Assembly: GCA_001643675.2 (NCBI GenBank)
Contig: LSRY02000008.1
Coordinates: 1 to 64,000 of the forward strand
From: Monocercomonoides exilis PA203
Taxonomy: Eukaryota; Protista; Preaxostyla
Reading direction: 5' to 3'
DNA: 64,000 nucleotides
Under the pieces are notes generated by a model. It did not search any database. It was not told the origin of the DNA and was given only the letters and a program-made list of their open reading frames with translations. Shown in pieces: positions 51,555-64,000 of this stretch; the first letter of the stretch is position 1; every line of letters begins with the position of its first letter. The translations under genes and the position numbers were made by a program.

Positions 51555-51602
51555 CGGTGACCGACAGCAGCAAAAAATCGCTTGTCGTGTCGCACAGGTC
51601 TA
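47913..51602. mobile_element. Non-autonomous hAT-type element (3.7 kb)
   Basis: Perfect 15-bp TIRs TAGACCTGTGCGACA / TGTCGCACAGGTCTA; 8-bp flanks ATGTTGAT and ATGCTGAT (7/8 target-site duplication); subterminal GGTGACCGACAG near both ends. Confidence 0.85.
49800..51260 (-). pseudogene. Decayed copy of the 36010..37418 gene family, inside the hAT-type element
   Basis: KMIEERKLPSKNVILQMK and EKEGFKDIITRFHE match the family; stops and frameshifts; first intron apparently retained (~51175-51106). Confidence 0.75.
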
Positions 51603-53689
51603 ATGCTGATCACAACAAACGAAAAATTCGATTTCTCAACTTGTAAAAGTTCAAATGTGTTTATCAATTGGGTGATTTTTTTTGTTTCATAAAAAAGATC
51701 AAAAAATTATTATTATTGTGGTTTCTATTGATCAAAAATTAAATTGATTTTTCGTTCATTCAAAGCTTTTTCAAGTGCGATATACATTTGTTTGGTTAAT
51801 GCAGAAAATAGGGGTACCTAAATTTTTTCATTGTTTTGTAATATACTGTTATAAAAACTTAATTCACATTGACTCATGTGTTGCATATAAGTAATACGTC
51901 AAATTTTAAAATTATGAAGGAAAAATGATACAAACAAACAATAATCATTCAAAAAAAGAGAACAAGAATTTCATGTTGAAAAATATTTCATATATAATAT
52001 TTAAAGAATGAAAACAGTTTGTTATCTCCTTTTTCCCTTTTTGCATCTGAATCAGTATAGACAAATTTCATTTCCAGATATTAAGCTCTAACGCTTCAGT
52101 ATACGGAGAATGTGATATCCGGGAGATTGTAGTCAACGAGGATAACTAACTCGATCTCTCCTTTTAATTCTTTATTCTTCACATCACATATCCTTCCCGT
52201 TTCCTTCTCCATCCTCTCCTTATCTTCTTTCATTTCTGCCTGCTTCTTCAAAATTCTCCTTTGGAAAATGCTGATGATGCTATCTTCTTTCACATCAAAC
52301 ACCATGCTTGCCTCTGTTATGTTAATCATCACGCTCTTCTCTATTGATATCACCTATCGAACCATGAACAGAATCGCATCAGCACAGCAATATCATTTAT
52401 AACTGCTTGTGAAATGTTACACCTGAAGGCTAAGATAAACTGTTCTGGCAATTAAAAGAGAGAGAGAGAAGGAGTGGGATGAAGAAGAGATGAGTATTTT
52501 GTGTGCGAATCATTAATCGCTTCTGTGAAAGAGCCCTTGTTCGCCTTCATGACAAGCATCACTCTAAAAGATAATTAGGTTGTTGGGTACGATGGAACAG
52601 AGGCAAATGGAATTTCGATTAATAAATCTTTATCAACGGGCATTCAGCTAACAATGAATATGTGGAAAGCACACTTGGCATCAAAGCAATGTATTGCGAG
52701 TTGGAAAAGACTCCCTACAAGAGGACACAAAACGCGAAGGGGCTTCTGAAGCAGGTGAAGAAAGTTGGTAAATAATTTTAAACGTTCAGACAAATTGTGG
52801 ATTGATGTGCAAGTGACTGTAAAATCGAAGAAAGTTGGGGAGATGGCACAAAAAATTGAAGAAAACATCTCATATGTGCATTTGATGAAATCAACATTGC
52901 TTGTTGGGCATTTATTCTCTTCTTTCAAAGAATTTTTCTTCAAATAAGAATTTCCTCGAAATCGCTTTCCCTCATTGTCTCATCTTTGACTGCTTGTTGA
53001 TGGATAGTAACATTGTTAAAATCTGAAGAAGAACATCCAATATGGAAAAATAGTCCTCCTTTTTTATTTAACGCCATCTGACAGACATTTCTTGGCTAAA
53101 TATAGAATCATTTCGTTGCTGTGTTAGGCCTGACTGAAATTTTATGTCAATAAATATTTCTTTTGCGATTATGAATAGAAAATTGATGACAATGTTTGAC
53201 TTCGAATTCCTCGGGAGATGCATCTGAAGAAAATCGAAACATTTTTGTTGCTCCTTGAAGAAGGCGTTGAAGAAGAGCATAACAAGAATGAAAACACTGA
53301 TATTGATTCAAATAGACTTTTAACCACAAACAATATGAATGGAAATATAAATCATTCAGTTATTGTTGCGATGGGAGGAGAAAATGCAAATGAAACAATT
53401 TTTCGCTCATGTGGTATTTCTGCTGATGAAAATGAATAAATATTTCCAAATGAGGATGCTCTATTCCAATGTCAAGCGAGAGGGAGCGGTAAAAAAGTCA
53501 AAGATCAATGAATAAGACGAATAAGGCGAATAAGGCAAAGAAGATAGCAAAGAAGGAAAATAAAAATGGAAACAGAGAAATCCATAGAGAATCACGTGAT
53601 TTTTCCTATGAAGAATATGAAAATGTTCCACATGGCGTTGTTGATTGAATATTATATCTAACTTAACAAGTTAACTTCGCAAGGAGATA

Positions 53690-54398
53690 CACCAAAAATT
53701 ATTCAAAATCGAAAAACTTTCAAGCAAAGTCGAAAGTTCGAAATTTTCAAAATTTCAAAGAGTTGACAAAATTCAATAAAAGTCAAAAAACATTTTTATT
53801 GTTGAAATATCAATGATATTTGTTGTCTTAATGATTTTTCATCTTTTTTCCGATGTTTTTCTTTGCCTTTTTTTGTCCAATCACAAAAATTTTAAAATAT
53901 GAGAGATATAATGATATATTTTTATTATATTTCAATTGAAATGCATTGCTTTTCAAAAGATTAGAAAAAATTTTTTATTCATATTTTTTCACAATTTATG
54001 AAGAATGATGAACGCAAAATTGGATTTCATATTTCGAGTTTTTCATATCAAAATATTCATTTAATATAGAAGGAAACAAATGTAAAAAAATTTGTCTAGA
54101 ATTTATTAAAGAGTTTATTTTGAATTTAAATCCTCAAATTTTGCAGAAATCAACAACACAAACATTGCTGATATTTTTTTAAAAACAAAAGAATATTATT
54201 ATCTTTTGTGAAACACTTTTTATTTAACGTTTTGTTTTTTTGTGAAATTTTCGATTTCGATTGAAAGTTTTTCGATTTCGTTTGCAACTTTTCCGACTTT
54301 GAATAATAATTTTCGATTTTGTTTGAAAGTTTTTCAACTTTGGTTGAAAGTTTTTCGATTTTGATTGAAAGTTTTTCGACTTTGAATTAATTTTGGTG
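53690..54398. mobile_element. Non-autonomous TIR element with CAC...GTG termini, TA flanks and ~21-bp subterminal repeats
   Basis: TA-CACCAAAAATTATTCAAAATCGAAAAACTTTCAA versus TTGAAAGTTTTTCGACTTTGAATTAATTTTGGTG-TA; tandem GAAAGTTTTTCGATTT-like units at 54243-54385. Confidence 0.75.
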
Positions 54399-54906
54399 TA
54401 ATAATCCAAATTGCAATATTTATGACAGATACTTTCAAGCCAATCAATAGAATTACATTCCCTCAAAGTCAATTGACTCCCTTTTTGTGGGATCCCTGCC
54501 TTTCCCTTCGCAAACTGAAAATGATGCTGTTCTGTCAGCGCTAAAAGTTCAAATGAATCAAATGCCAAATGATGACATCGGCAAAGAAGGCGAAGAATAC
54601 GAAAAAGAATTCGAAGACGAAGAAGAAGAATAGGAAGAGGAGGAGGAAGAGGAGGTAGAAGAAAGAGAAGAAGTATAACTTTCTCTTTCTAACTTCTTCT
54701 TTTTTTATCATTTTCTTCCTCTCTTCCTTCTCTTCTTCTTCTTCTTCTTCTCCTGTTTCAACATACACTCAACCAGCTCTGAAGGATCAACGTGCAAAAA
54801 GAATATCTTGTACCGTTCATCTAAGTTGTGTTTGAAGAGCTCGTCTTGTTCGCAGCTCAGTCAAATGAAATTTGCAGGCATAGAAGCTGAAGATGATAAC
54901 GATAAA

Positions 54907-55056
54907 GAGGAAGAAGAGGAAGAAGAGGAAGAAGAGGAAGAGGAAGAGGAAGAGGAAGAGGAAGAGGAAGAGGAAGAGGAAGAGGAAGAGGAAGAGGAAG
55001 AGGAAGATGAGGAAGAGGAAGAGGAAGAGGAAGAGGAAGAGGAAGAGGAAGAGGAA
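54907..55056 (+). repeat. Compound (GAGGAAGAA)n(GAGGAA)n microsatellite
   Basis: Directly visible. Confidence 0.9.
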
Positions 55057-58000
55057 AAAAAAGAAAGAGGAATATGAGTTATCATAACAGGAGAAGAAGG
55101 AGAAGGAGAAGGAGAAGAAGAGGAAGATGAAGAATAAGTTATTTTTGTTAAATGTGATTGTTTTGAGGAAGGAGAAGAGGAAGAAAGAGAAGAAGAAGAA
55201 GAAAGAGGAGGAGGAGAAAAGAAAAAAGGTGAAGAAAAAGGTGTAGAAGGCTGAGTGATTGAGAATAGTGAAATATGCCCAAAACAAAAAATAAAGATGT
55301 TGATAATGACTTGAGGAATATTGATTGATAAAAATAATTCATTCGATGAGTTGATTTCAGATGATATAAACAATCTTCACACAAAAAATGTGAAAGAGAG
55401 AGAAACACAAACAGATGAAGAAGTTAGTCCACAAATCATCGATTGCCTTTGAGTGGTTGAACCACTTTGCACCTCAGAAATAGAAAATTGTGTTTGTCCG
55501 TTGGAGTTCATAATTCAAACGAGCAAAACATCTGATGAGCGTATAAGCAAAGAAGAATTCGAAATCGAAGAAGACGTTGACAATTGATGAAGTTGACGTC
55601 AATTGCAAAAATTTCAAAGACAAGAAGAAGAAAATGAAGAATTTTTGATTATGTGATTGACGTATCGATTCTGGCGATTAACATTTTTTGTTGAAGTGAG
55701 ACTGTTGAGAAAGATAAGGAAGGTGAAGATGAATGTGAAGAAGAAAAGAAGATATCAACTTTTCCAAGTCACGTTGTGGGATAAAAAAAACTGAATGTGT
55801 TCTAGACGCGAATGCACAGCCAGATCATCAGCTCCGATAAACGAGTCGCTTCTGCCGAACACTCTCAAAATAAGCCAAACAAACTGCTTTTTCTCTTTCA
55901 AGCTCATCTTAAGCATTATCTGGTTATGCATCATACAAAACAGATGGCAGAAGTCACGAATGTCATCGTCGAATGCAATACATTCAAGAATAATCTCATA
56001 ACTTCTTGTTCTTTCGCGAAATGAAAAGAAGGCTTTTCTTTCGATGGCATTCCTGTTCGTTGCTAATCTGTATTCATTCAAAAAACGCCATTGAAGACAA
56101 ATGAATGAAACAAAAAAAATCAAACCTTCTTTTTGACCTCGAAATATTTTCCCATCTCCAAGGGATTGGTAATTATCGGTCCAGCTGGCTTTCTTGTTCT
56201 CAAAAATTGCCTCTCACCTTCACATAAAAAATTCAGATAACTGGACAATAAATGGCTGGCAAAGAACATCATCGATATCAGAGAATTCATTGTGAAGTTG
56301 GCCATGATTCCAAATGAAAACACATATGCTCCAAATTAACTCCTTTTCAAAGACTTATTCAACACCAAGTCTTCGCTGACGGATTGCCAGTAGGATTCAT
56401 GCAAAATGCAAATGCTATTGGTATTGATGCCTGCTGAGTGCTTCGTTCAACTCGCTTCCTCCATTGTCCAACCCCTCAATTCCCTTTCCTTTTCCACAAA
56501 GAAAATCTTCTTCCCAAAAACCATATAAAGCAAGTCCTGAGCAAAAGATATGCCAAGTGCAACGCATTTCCCTCGAAATGAACAAGCTGTTCAATTCGAT
56601 CTTTCTGAAATTGTCGTAGCTTTTTCTGCATCTTGCTTGAGTCATTTCTCATTCAAAATATCGCAGCCAGGGCTGCATCATATGTTTTGCAATATATAAT
56701 CAAGTTCAAATTTCTTGCAACTTCCCCCACCAATTCACTTTTCGCAAGCAATCGACGCAAACAGCCACTCGCTCCTCCATCTGTAGACAAAATCCATTCC
56801 CATCTGCAGTAATATAACTCGCATGGATGCATCTGTGGTCGTGTTCTCAAGAGCTCAAACATGCACATATGCAGAAAAGCATCAATCAAAAATCTTCACT
56901 TATAAAATTATAGGTTGGACACCCTTATTTATTAACCAAACAATAAATGAATGTTTTATTGCCCTTCGTCTTGCCTGTTTTGAGGCAAAAGAATGAAAAC
57001 GTTGCAGAGGAATAAGTTAATGATTGTTCATTTTCAGATTTTCAAAAATATTTTCTGACCCTTTTGAAGCAGATGTTCCTCCAAAATTCGGAAAATGAAT
57101 CAATATGTTGCTTCATCTTGATTTTTCCGAAGGCAGCAGGACCAGCAACAAATGTTTTATTGTGCGCATGGGGCATCACTGAATCACTGCTTATGCGATT
57201 TTATCTGTTTTTTTTTATTATTATTATTATGAAATAAATAAATTTTTTATTGACTTTTGAAAGGGGTTTGGGAGATTGAACAATTTGAGGGACCTGGAGC
57301 AAAAAGGAAAAAGTGAAGGGATGGATGGAATACGGGAAGACATGAGATTTGAAGAGACGGCGCAATTTGTAGAGTGGGTTGTTGGAAAGAAAATGGAGAA
57401 AATAGCGGATGAAAAGGGATTTGGATTGGGGTTGGGATTTTGGCGTTGGAGTATCGGGAGATGTTTTGAAGGGCCAAAGGACTTGAGAGACAATGACTTG
57501 TTATTTTCGTTCTTCACTGAGGAAAAGATACAAGAAAAAGAATTTTGATGAAAAGAAGAAGAACGAATAAGAAAAGTATGAAAGACTTCTGGGGGAATGT
57601 TTGCAATGGAACGTAATTCTGAATGAAGGCCTTTCAGTGGAATTGCTGTTGATTTGTGTGGCTTGCCTGCTGAAAGGTGTGTTGGAGAGAAAAGGAAAGA
57701 GAGGAGACTCAAAAAGAAGTTGAAATGAGTTAGCTTGGCTTGAGTTATTTTCACACAGCATTCAAGTGTGTTTTATTTTTAATTTTTTTCAATTTTTTAT
57801 TTTTTTGAAATGTATTTATTTTGAATTGGAGACAGACGACGAGTGATGTTTGAAGGAAGAAGCAGGAATCATCAAGAGGGATCAGAAGCAGCACACTTTG
57901 AGTGTACTTGCGAATGGATGAGTTTTGGAGAAATTGATGAAGAGATTGATGAAGTGCAGAGAGATGGAGGAAGTGAGTGTGAATGGGCCGGGTTTTGGGA

Positions 58001-58881
58001 GAGAAGATTCAAAAGAAGTGGAAGAGATGGGAAAGGATGTGAATTGGAAGAGAGAATATGATGAGAGAAGGGAGAGAATGATTGAACCCTGATGTGTGTG
58101 ATTGTAAGAAGATGAAGAAGAGGAATTTGAAGATATCAACATTTTCAGTTTCTGGGGGAAAGAGGAGGCAACCACTCAAGAGCATTCGATGAACGATAGA
58201 TATCCAATTCAATTGGTGTGGCTTAATCTGTTTGTGAATTTTTTGTGATTATGTTTTTCTTATCAATATGAAATTCACTTACCATATTCAATATTTTATC
58301 TCAATGACAGTATCACATGAACCCTTTTCATCATCTTCAGAAATATCATTCGATTGATTGCACATTTCTCTTTTGCCGCATTTCTTCTTCTTCTTCTTCT
58401 TCATTCGACAATAAAGAAGCTATTCTCAATTAAACAGTGCTTTCTCCAAGTATCTTTATTATTCTATTAAATGTTTTTTCATCTTTCAACATAACTTATG
58501 TTTATTCATTTTCTCCTTCAACAGTGTCCATTGTTTAATAATAAATTGCTTGTACTGTTTTAAAACCATGATAGATAATGTCCAATTGTCAGATGAATTG
58601 ATTATTTAACAAATAACAAAAAGTGATAAAATGTTCATGTTTTCAAAAAATGAAAAAGAAATAAAAATTGGAAAATATGTGAACTACAAAAAAAGTATTT
58701 AAAACATAAAAACAAATTATAAACGATAAAAGAATGATAACGAATAAATGAAATAAAAATTCGATGAAGAAGATGCAGTTTCAGATACACTTCTTAAATG
58801 TGAATTGTTTCTATTTCTTGTCGCGCTGGTGGGCTTTTGGCATTTTAATGAGTCTTCTTCAGAAATTTCTTAAGTACGTTA

Positions 58882-60894
58882 GGGTTATTATTTAACCCCC
58901 ACCTTTTTTTTTTACCCTGACCTTTTTTTTTATTTCAAAAGTTTCATATCCCACTTTTTGAAATAATAACTTGATTTTTTGTATAAAAGGAATCTATATT
59001 GAATTTTTAAAATGTATTTTGAAATGAAGCTTATTTCTCATGGGGTGGGGGAGAGGGGAGATGGGTGGGTTTAAAACCTTCCATCAAGCTTCCACGAGAA
59101 ATTGGTTGGTTTCAAGGGGTGTAAAGCCACTTTGTTCATTCAAAACTTATTTTTTTTTTTGATTTTTTTTTTGAAATTCAATTTTTTTTTAAAAAAATGA
59201 AAATTAGATCAAAACCTTAAAATAAATAATGAAAATTCTTGTTGAAGAAAAAAGAGAAGCAGGGCAGACTAAATTAAAGCATGCCATGTTATCTTTTCAA
59301 TATAGAAAATACAAGAATAAACTTGAACGAATGGCACACATCGTGTGTGATGGCGTCGTCAGGGTAACAGATGCTATCAATTCTAAGCAATACAGCTGCA
59401 GCAGCATTAAAAACGCAGTTCGGGCTTTGAGAACTAAAAGGCAAGTTGGAAAACCAGGGAGACCGCAGGCAATCAGCAAAGAGAAAGAAGAAACAGTTCT
59501 GGATGTGATCAAAATTGATTCTATTTGTGGGAGCAGTTAACAATGAAGAAAACAAGAGAATTGGTTTGCTCAAGTTTTTTATTGAAACAATAACATTTTT
59601 TCTTTAGATGGAAAATGTTTTAAACGATACAAAAGAAGAAAACGAGCCACATATTATAGTTTCAAATGCTGCGGCTTACAGGTTTTTGAAGCGGCATCCT
59701 GAGTTGACGAAGAGCAAACCAAAGAGTTTAGACACAAATCGGCTGGCTGTTTCCTGCAAGAGTGTGATGAAGCCTTGGTATAACATGATTACAGATTTGC
59801 ACGAAAAAAATCATTACACACCTTCATTAATATTTAACGTTGATGAATCATCATTGCGAGTTCCATCTGCTGCCAATATTTAAGTTATCTATCCATCTGG
59901 ACAAAGCGCTGGGTATTGCAAAGAAGCACAAAGAATGGACAATGCAACACTTGTTGCTTCCATGAGGGCAGATGGTTATTCATTGCCTTGCATCATTCTC
60001 TGGCCAAGTGTTAAAAAATACCGGACGAACTGAAGCCTCTTCTCTCTCCAACTCTGGACATCTGGCCAAACAAAAGTGGCTGGATGGACAAGCATAACTT
60101 CAAGAAATATGCAGAATCAGTTCTTCTCCCTTCCGTCGTTGAAAGAAGAAAGCGCATAAAACTCGAAAAGAGAACTGCATTCTTTTCAAAGATTTCCATC
60201 CTTCACGAGGTGATCCTTCAATTTGGAAAACTTTCTTAGAAAATAACATTGATGTCGTAACATTTATCCCCCACAGTACTCATTTGTCTCAGCCACTCGA
60301 TAGAGGAGTATTTGCAACTATCAAAACTTCTCTTTCTTCATCATTTGATGTTCCATCATCTTCTTCATTGCCTGCTTCAAGAAAAGCACTTGTCGACGTG
60401 CTTCCTCAACCAATTCACTCCGCTTTCACTCTTTCTGTAATTAAAAAAGCTTTTTAACAAAGCGGAGTCCTTCATAATGCGTTCGGTCAGGTTCTTCGAA
60501 AACTACTTGAATCATCAAAATACCCTCTTCCATCCCATCGTAACCGTTTCGATTATTTTGGAAAATTAATTACAAAAAAAGAACTTCTCGACGATTGGGA
60601 AAGATTTTTTAGGGAGAAATGAAGAAAAGGAGTATGAAAAAGATATGAAACAAGTGATTGAAAACGAAAAAGATGAAATGGTTGAATTCAAACATAAAAT
60701 CAAAAGAAAACGCTCTGATGTTATTTTTGATGACCCAAACGAAGAGGAAAACGAAGAGATGCAAAGAAAATCAGGAAAAAAAAAGATAATTTGAAGAATT
60801 GATTCTTCTTTTGTATTTTTTTAAATTTTTCTAAATTTTTCACTTCAAAAATTTGGGTCAGAATAAAAAATGGGTTGGCGTTAAATGATAACCC
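58882..60894 (+). mobile_element. pogo-family (Tc1/mariner superfamily) DNA transposon, full-length but defective
   Basis: Imperfect ~40-bp TIRs GGGTTATTATTTAACCCCCACC.../...GGGTTGGCGTTAAATGATAACCC with TA on both flanks; transposase pseudogene inside. Confidence 0.9.
59229..60790 (+). pseudogene. pogo/CENP-B-like DDE transposase pseudogene
   Basis: GKPGRPQAIS, RFLKRHPEL, IFNVDESSL, KSGWMD, FIPHSTHLSQPLDRGVF motifs across frames; several stops and frameshifts; probable intron ending 59607. Confidence 0.88.
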
Positions 60895-61083
60895 TATATT
60901 TTTTAAAACATTTTTCTGTTGAAATGAATAATGTGAATATGGTTCAAAATCATAAATAGGATTGTTCTTTTATCGGAAAAATATTTAATAACAAATAAAT
61001 ATATATATATAAAAGACTCAACAAAATATAAAAAACAAGAAGAACATTGCATTTTCATGAAAATATGTCAAATTGAACATCTC

Positions 61084-61395
61084 GATCACAAAAGTGGCCG
61101 CTAATTTTTCTTCAGATTTTGCAACAAACAGACATAAAAAGATGTGGGGAAGCGAACTGTGTGGAAATCTGAGAAAAAATTAGTGACCACTTTTGTGATA
61201 ACCAGTCATTTAGAAAAACACCTATATTAAGGTTCTCATCAGATTTGATCCGTTGAACGATCGGAACTATTATAAAACTGAAAATTGAAATGACAGGCGA
61301 TCACAAAAGTGGTCACTAATTTCTTCTCAGATTTCCACGCTGACAGCTTCCCCACATCTTTTATAGTCTGTTTGTTGCAAACTCTGAAGAAAAAC
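61084..61395. repeat. Nested inverted-repeat structure: ~115-bp self-complementary unit followed by an inverted partial copy
   Basis: ATCACAAAAGTGGCCGCTAATTTTTCTTCAGATTT (61086) pairs with AAATCTGAGAAAAAATTAGTGACCACTTTTGTGAT (to 61199); 61300-61395 is the reverse complement of ~61105-61199. Confidence 0.85.
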
Positions 61396-61922
61396 CAAGG
61401 ATTTATCGTACCTCCTGAAAAACCTCGCCTTCCGTTTTGCAAAAGTGGTTTGTAATAATTTTCAAATTTTTTTTGAATAATTTTCTCTGTTTATTTTAGG
61501 CTTAAATGAACAGGATTGGGAAAAGGGCAACAACTGGATGTTCGCCCATTCGACTGAAGCCTCAACTTCGCTTCAGTCAGCACAGAAAAAGCAGCGAGCT
61601 GAGCAACATTAGGCCAGATTTATTGAAGAAGATGCATGGGAAGAAGAGATTATTACTGAAAATTCTGCTTCAAATAAAAAACAATCTTCTTCTTCTTCAA
61701 CATCATTTCAACAAAATAAAAAATCAAATGTCGTTTCAGAAAATAATTCTTCATCAACAGATTCCGCATTTTCTCAACCTGTTGATGCTCCAATCAGTAC
61801 TCCAATAAGGAGACAAAGTGGTGCAACAAAAAGAAAAGCAAACAAATCATATCATAAACGTCATTCATCTCCTTCACCAATTCCAATTCACAAACTTTTC
61901 AAACAAAAAACAACATCATCCA

Positions 61923-62056
61923 CTTCCTCATCTTCCTCATCTTCCTCATCTTCCTCATCTTCCTCATCTTCCTCATCTTCCTCATCTTCCTCATCTTCCT
62001 CATCTTCCTCATCTTCCTCATCTTCCTCATCTTCCTCATCTTCCTCATCTTCCTCA
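61923..62056 (+). repeat. (CTTCCTCAT)n 9-bp tandem repeat
   Basis: Directly visible. Confidence 0.9.
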
Positions 62057-63331
62057 ACTTTCAAAAAGAAACAAAATGAAAATACACATTCTTCTTCCTT
62101 TGAAGAACCTTCAACTTCCATTTTCAACGATGATGTGTGGGTCAATGATCAATTAGTTGAATATGCCACTTCACCAAATCTTATTCCACCTCAAGCATTT
62201 CAAAATCTTCTTTCATCATTTTCAAAAGACAATGACACTTCTCCGTCTCCACAAAAAACACATTCAGATGAAAGTTATAATTCAAATTGTGAAAATAATA
62301 TGAATATCATTTCATATAATTACTCAATGGATTTTCTTCCTGAAATTCAATCTCATTCTCCATCAATTTCTTTAAGTGTCAAAACCACTTCAATCGCTTC
62401 ATCAAAAACCATCTTTATTCAAAAAACAAACATCTTTGAAGAACACTCCTTCGCGTGTTGTAAGTGTTTGTCTTCAATTGGCTAAAGATGGAACGTCAGT
62501 GCGTTCATGGATCCCATCTCTTATTGACAAATGGGAAGATTTCTGCAACTATGGCAGCAGACAGCAACAAAATGTTACTGAGGCGTTTGAAAATCTTCAC
62601 AGACTTCTTCAAAAAGATGAGTTGATAAGCAAGGATTTCTTCAATCCAGAAATCATCACTCATCTCAAATGCCAAAAATGCCAACAAATCACATCACACT
62701 TCAATGAGATTTGTAACAATGTAGTTATCAATTCTTCCTCAACTCATAATGGATTATCTTCTCTCTTTGCAACTGAAGTTTTGGAAGGAAAGAATTGTGT
62801 ATATTGTGATGCATGCAAGGAAAAATGCTGTGCTGCGAGATGGGAGGAAATGGCTGCATTTCCAGAGGTGCTAGCCCTCTGTCATGAATGCACTGATGCT
62901 GTTAGTTCTACTCCTTCAAGAACATAACTAATGGAAACAGATTGTGTTAACCAGCGCACTTTCTGCAAAGGGTTTTCTTCTGAAAATATTCAATATCTTT
63001 GAAAAGATAATCAAGAAACAATCCTTTTCCATGTTATTGGCCAAGTCTTATTTTAACGTTTGGATTATCAAAACGGACACTACATTGCAGTTGTCAAAAA
63101 GATAAACAGAAACGTAATCAAATGGTGCATTTGCAATGATGCTGATGTGACTGAATTGTATGGTAATAATTGGACTAATGCATGGAAAGATCTTTTCTCC
63201 CAGTATTACACTCCTTCACTTTCTTTCTTCTCAAAAGAAAAAACAAAACCAACGTTTTCAACTCTTCAATTTGGTGGTTCCTCTTCTTCATCTTCTTCAG
63301 AAACATCAAATATCAACACTTCATACACCTT

Positions 63332-63439
<108 letters not shown>

Positions 63440-64000
63440 GACATTCATCACACCACCACATCAAACATCTTCCATTCCACAACTTTCTTCATCAATCACA
63501 TCTTCATATGGATTGGAAGCACTGAAAGAAAAAAGAAGGAAAACGGGCATCTTTACTCCAAATGAAAAAAGATTAATCTTCAAGCCCAAAACGAAATTGT
63601 GGAGTGAGTTTACAAAAGAAACGAAAGTCAAAGTTTCTCTGTCACATTTCTACAAACTCACTGCCAACTTCTCCAAAGCGAAGAGACATACAGATCTTTG
63701 TGGAATGTGTGAGAAGTTGAGTTATTTGGAGAATAAACTCAAATCTTCACAAAACAAAAATAGACTTTCTTCTGCAGAATTTCATACACTTAAACTTCTT
63801 CGACAACATCGTCGAGTTGCAGAAATGCAATGAAAACATTATCAATCAACAGTTGACAATCTGAAAGAGGGAGAAGCAGTCTTCGTCTTCGACTTCAAAG
63901 AGTAATGGAAACTCCCGATCCGAAAAAATCAACTTCGACAAGAATTCTTCAACTATCAACAAGTCTCCAAATTCACAATCATCTCTCATCAAAAAATAAA

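Noticed and set aside
52000-53500. Possible small GTPase remnant (ADAILF-like word near 52370)
   Set aside because: No P-loop or other G motifs found
55400-58250. Possible decayed genes on both strands
   Set aside because: No convincing motif; only short broken ORFs

Overview
An AT-rich, intron-rich eukaryotic chromosome end. The gene style and expanded families suggest a protist such as the oxymonad Monocercomonoides (inference only). Bases 1-2731 are a (CCCTAA)n telomere. Directly internal lies a head-to-tail array of four tyrosine-recombinase (YR) family units (2732-11490), all transcribed toward the telomere. They are one YR cut off by the telomere itself, one 1167-aa YR with a full catalytic set, and two short 5' fragments. 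Every unit stops at a telomere-like TTAGG(G)TTA motif, which is also where the next, more distal unit begins. This looks like a telomere-targeting YR DNA element that repeatedly replaces the chromosome tip, and is the best candidate for a new system. Further in, a ~3-kb inverted duplication (intact 30-aa tandem-repeat gene plus a broken beta-helix gene) brackets a compact housekeeping island: importin-alpha, PUS7, cornichon, SWI5 and a membrane protein. The right third is a DNA-transposon graveyard. It holds a pogo-type MITE, a hAT-type element carrying a host-family gene copy, a CAC-ended TIR element, a pogo element with telomere-like ends, and a decayed USP deubiquitinase/transposase-like fusion that runs off the window. 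Gene models were spliced by eye and some boundaries are approximate.
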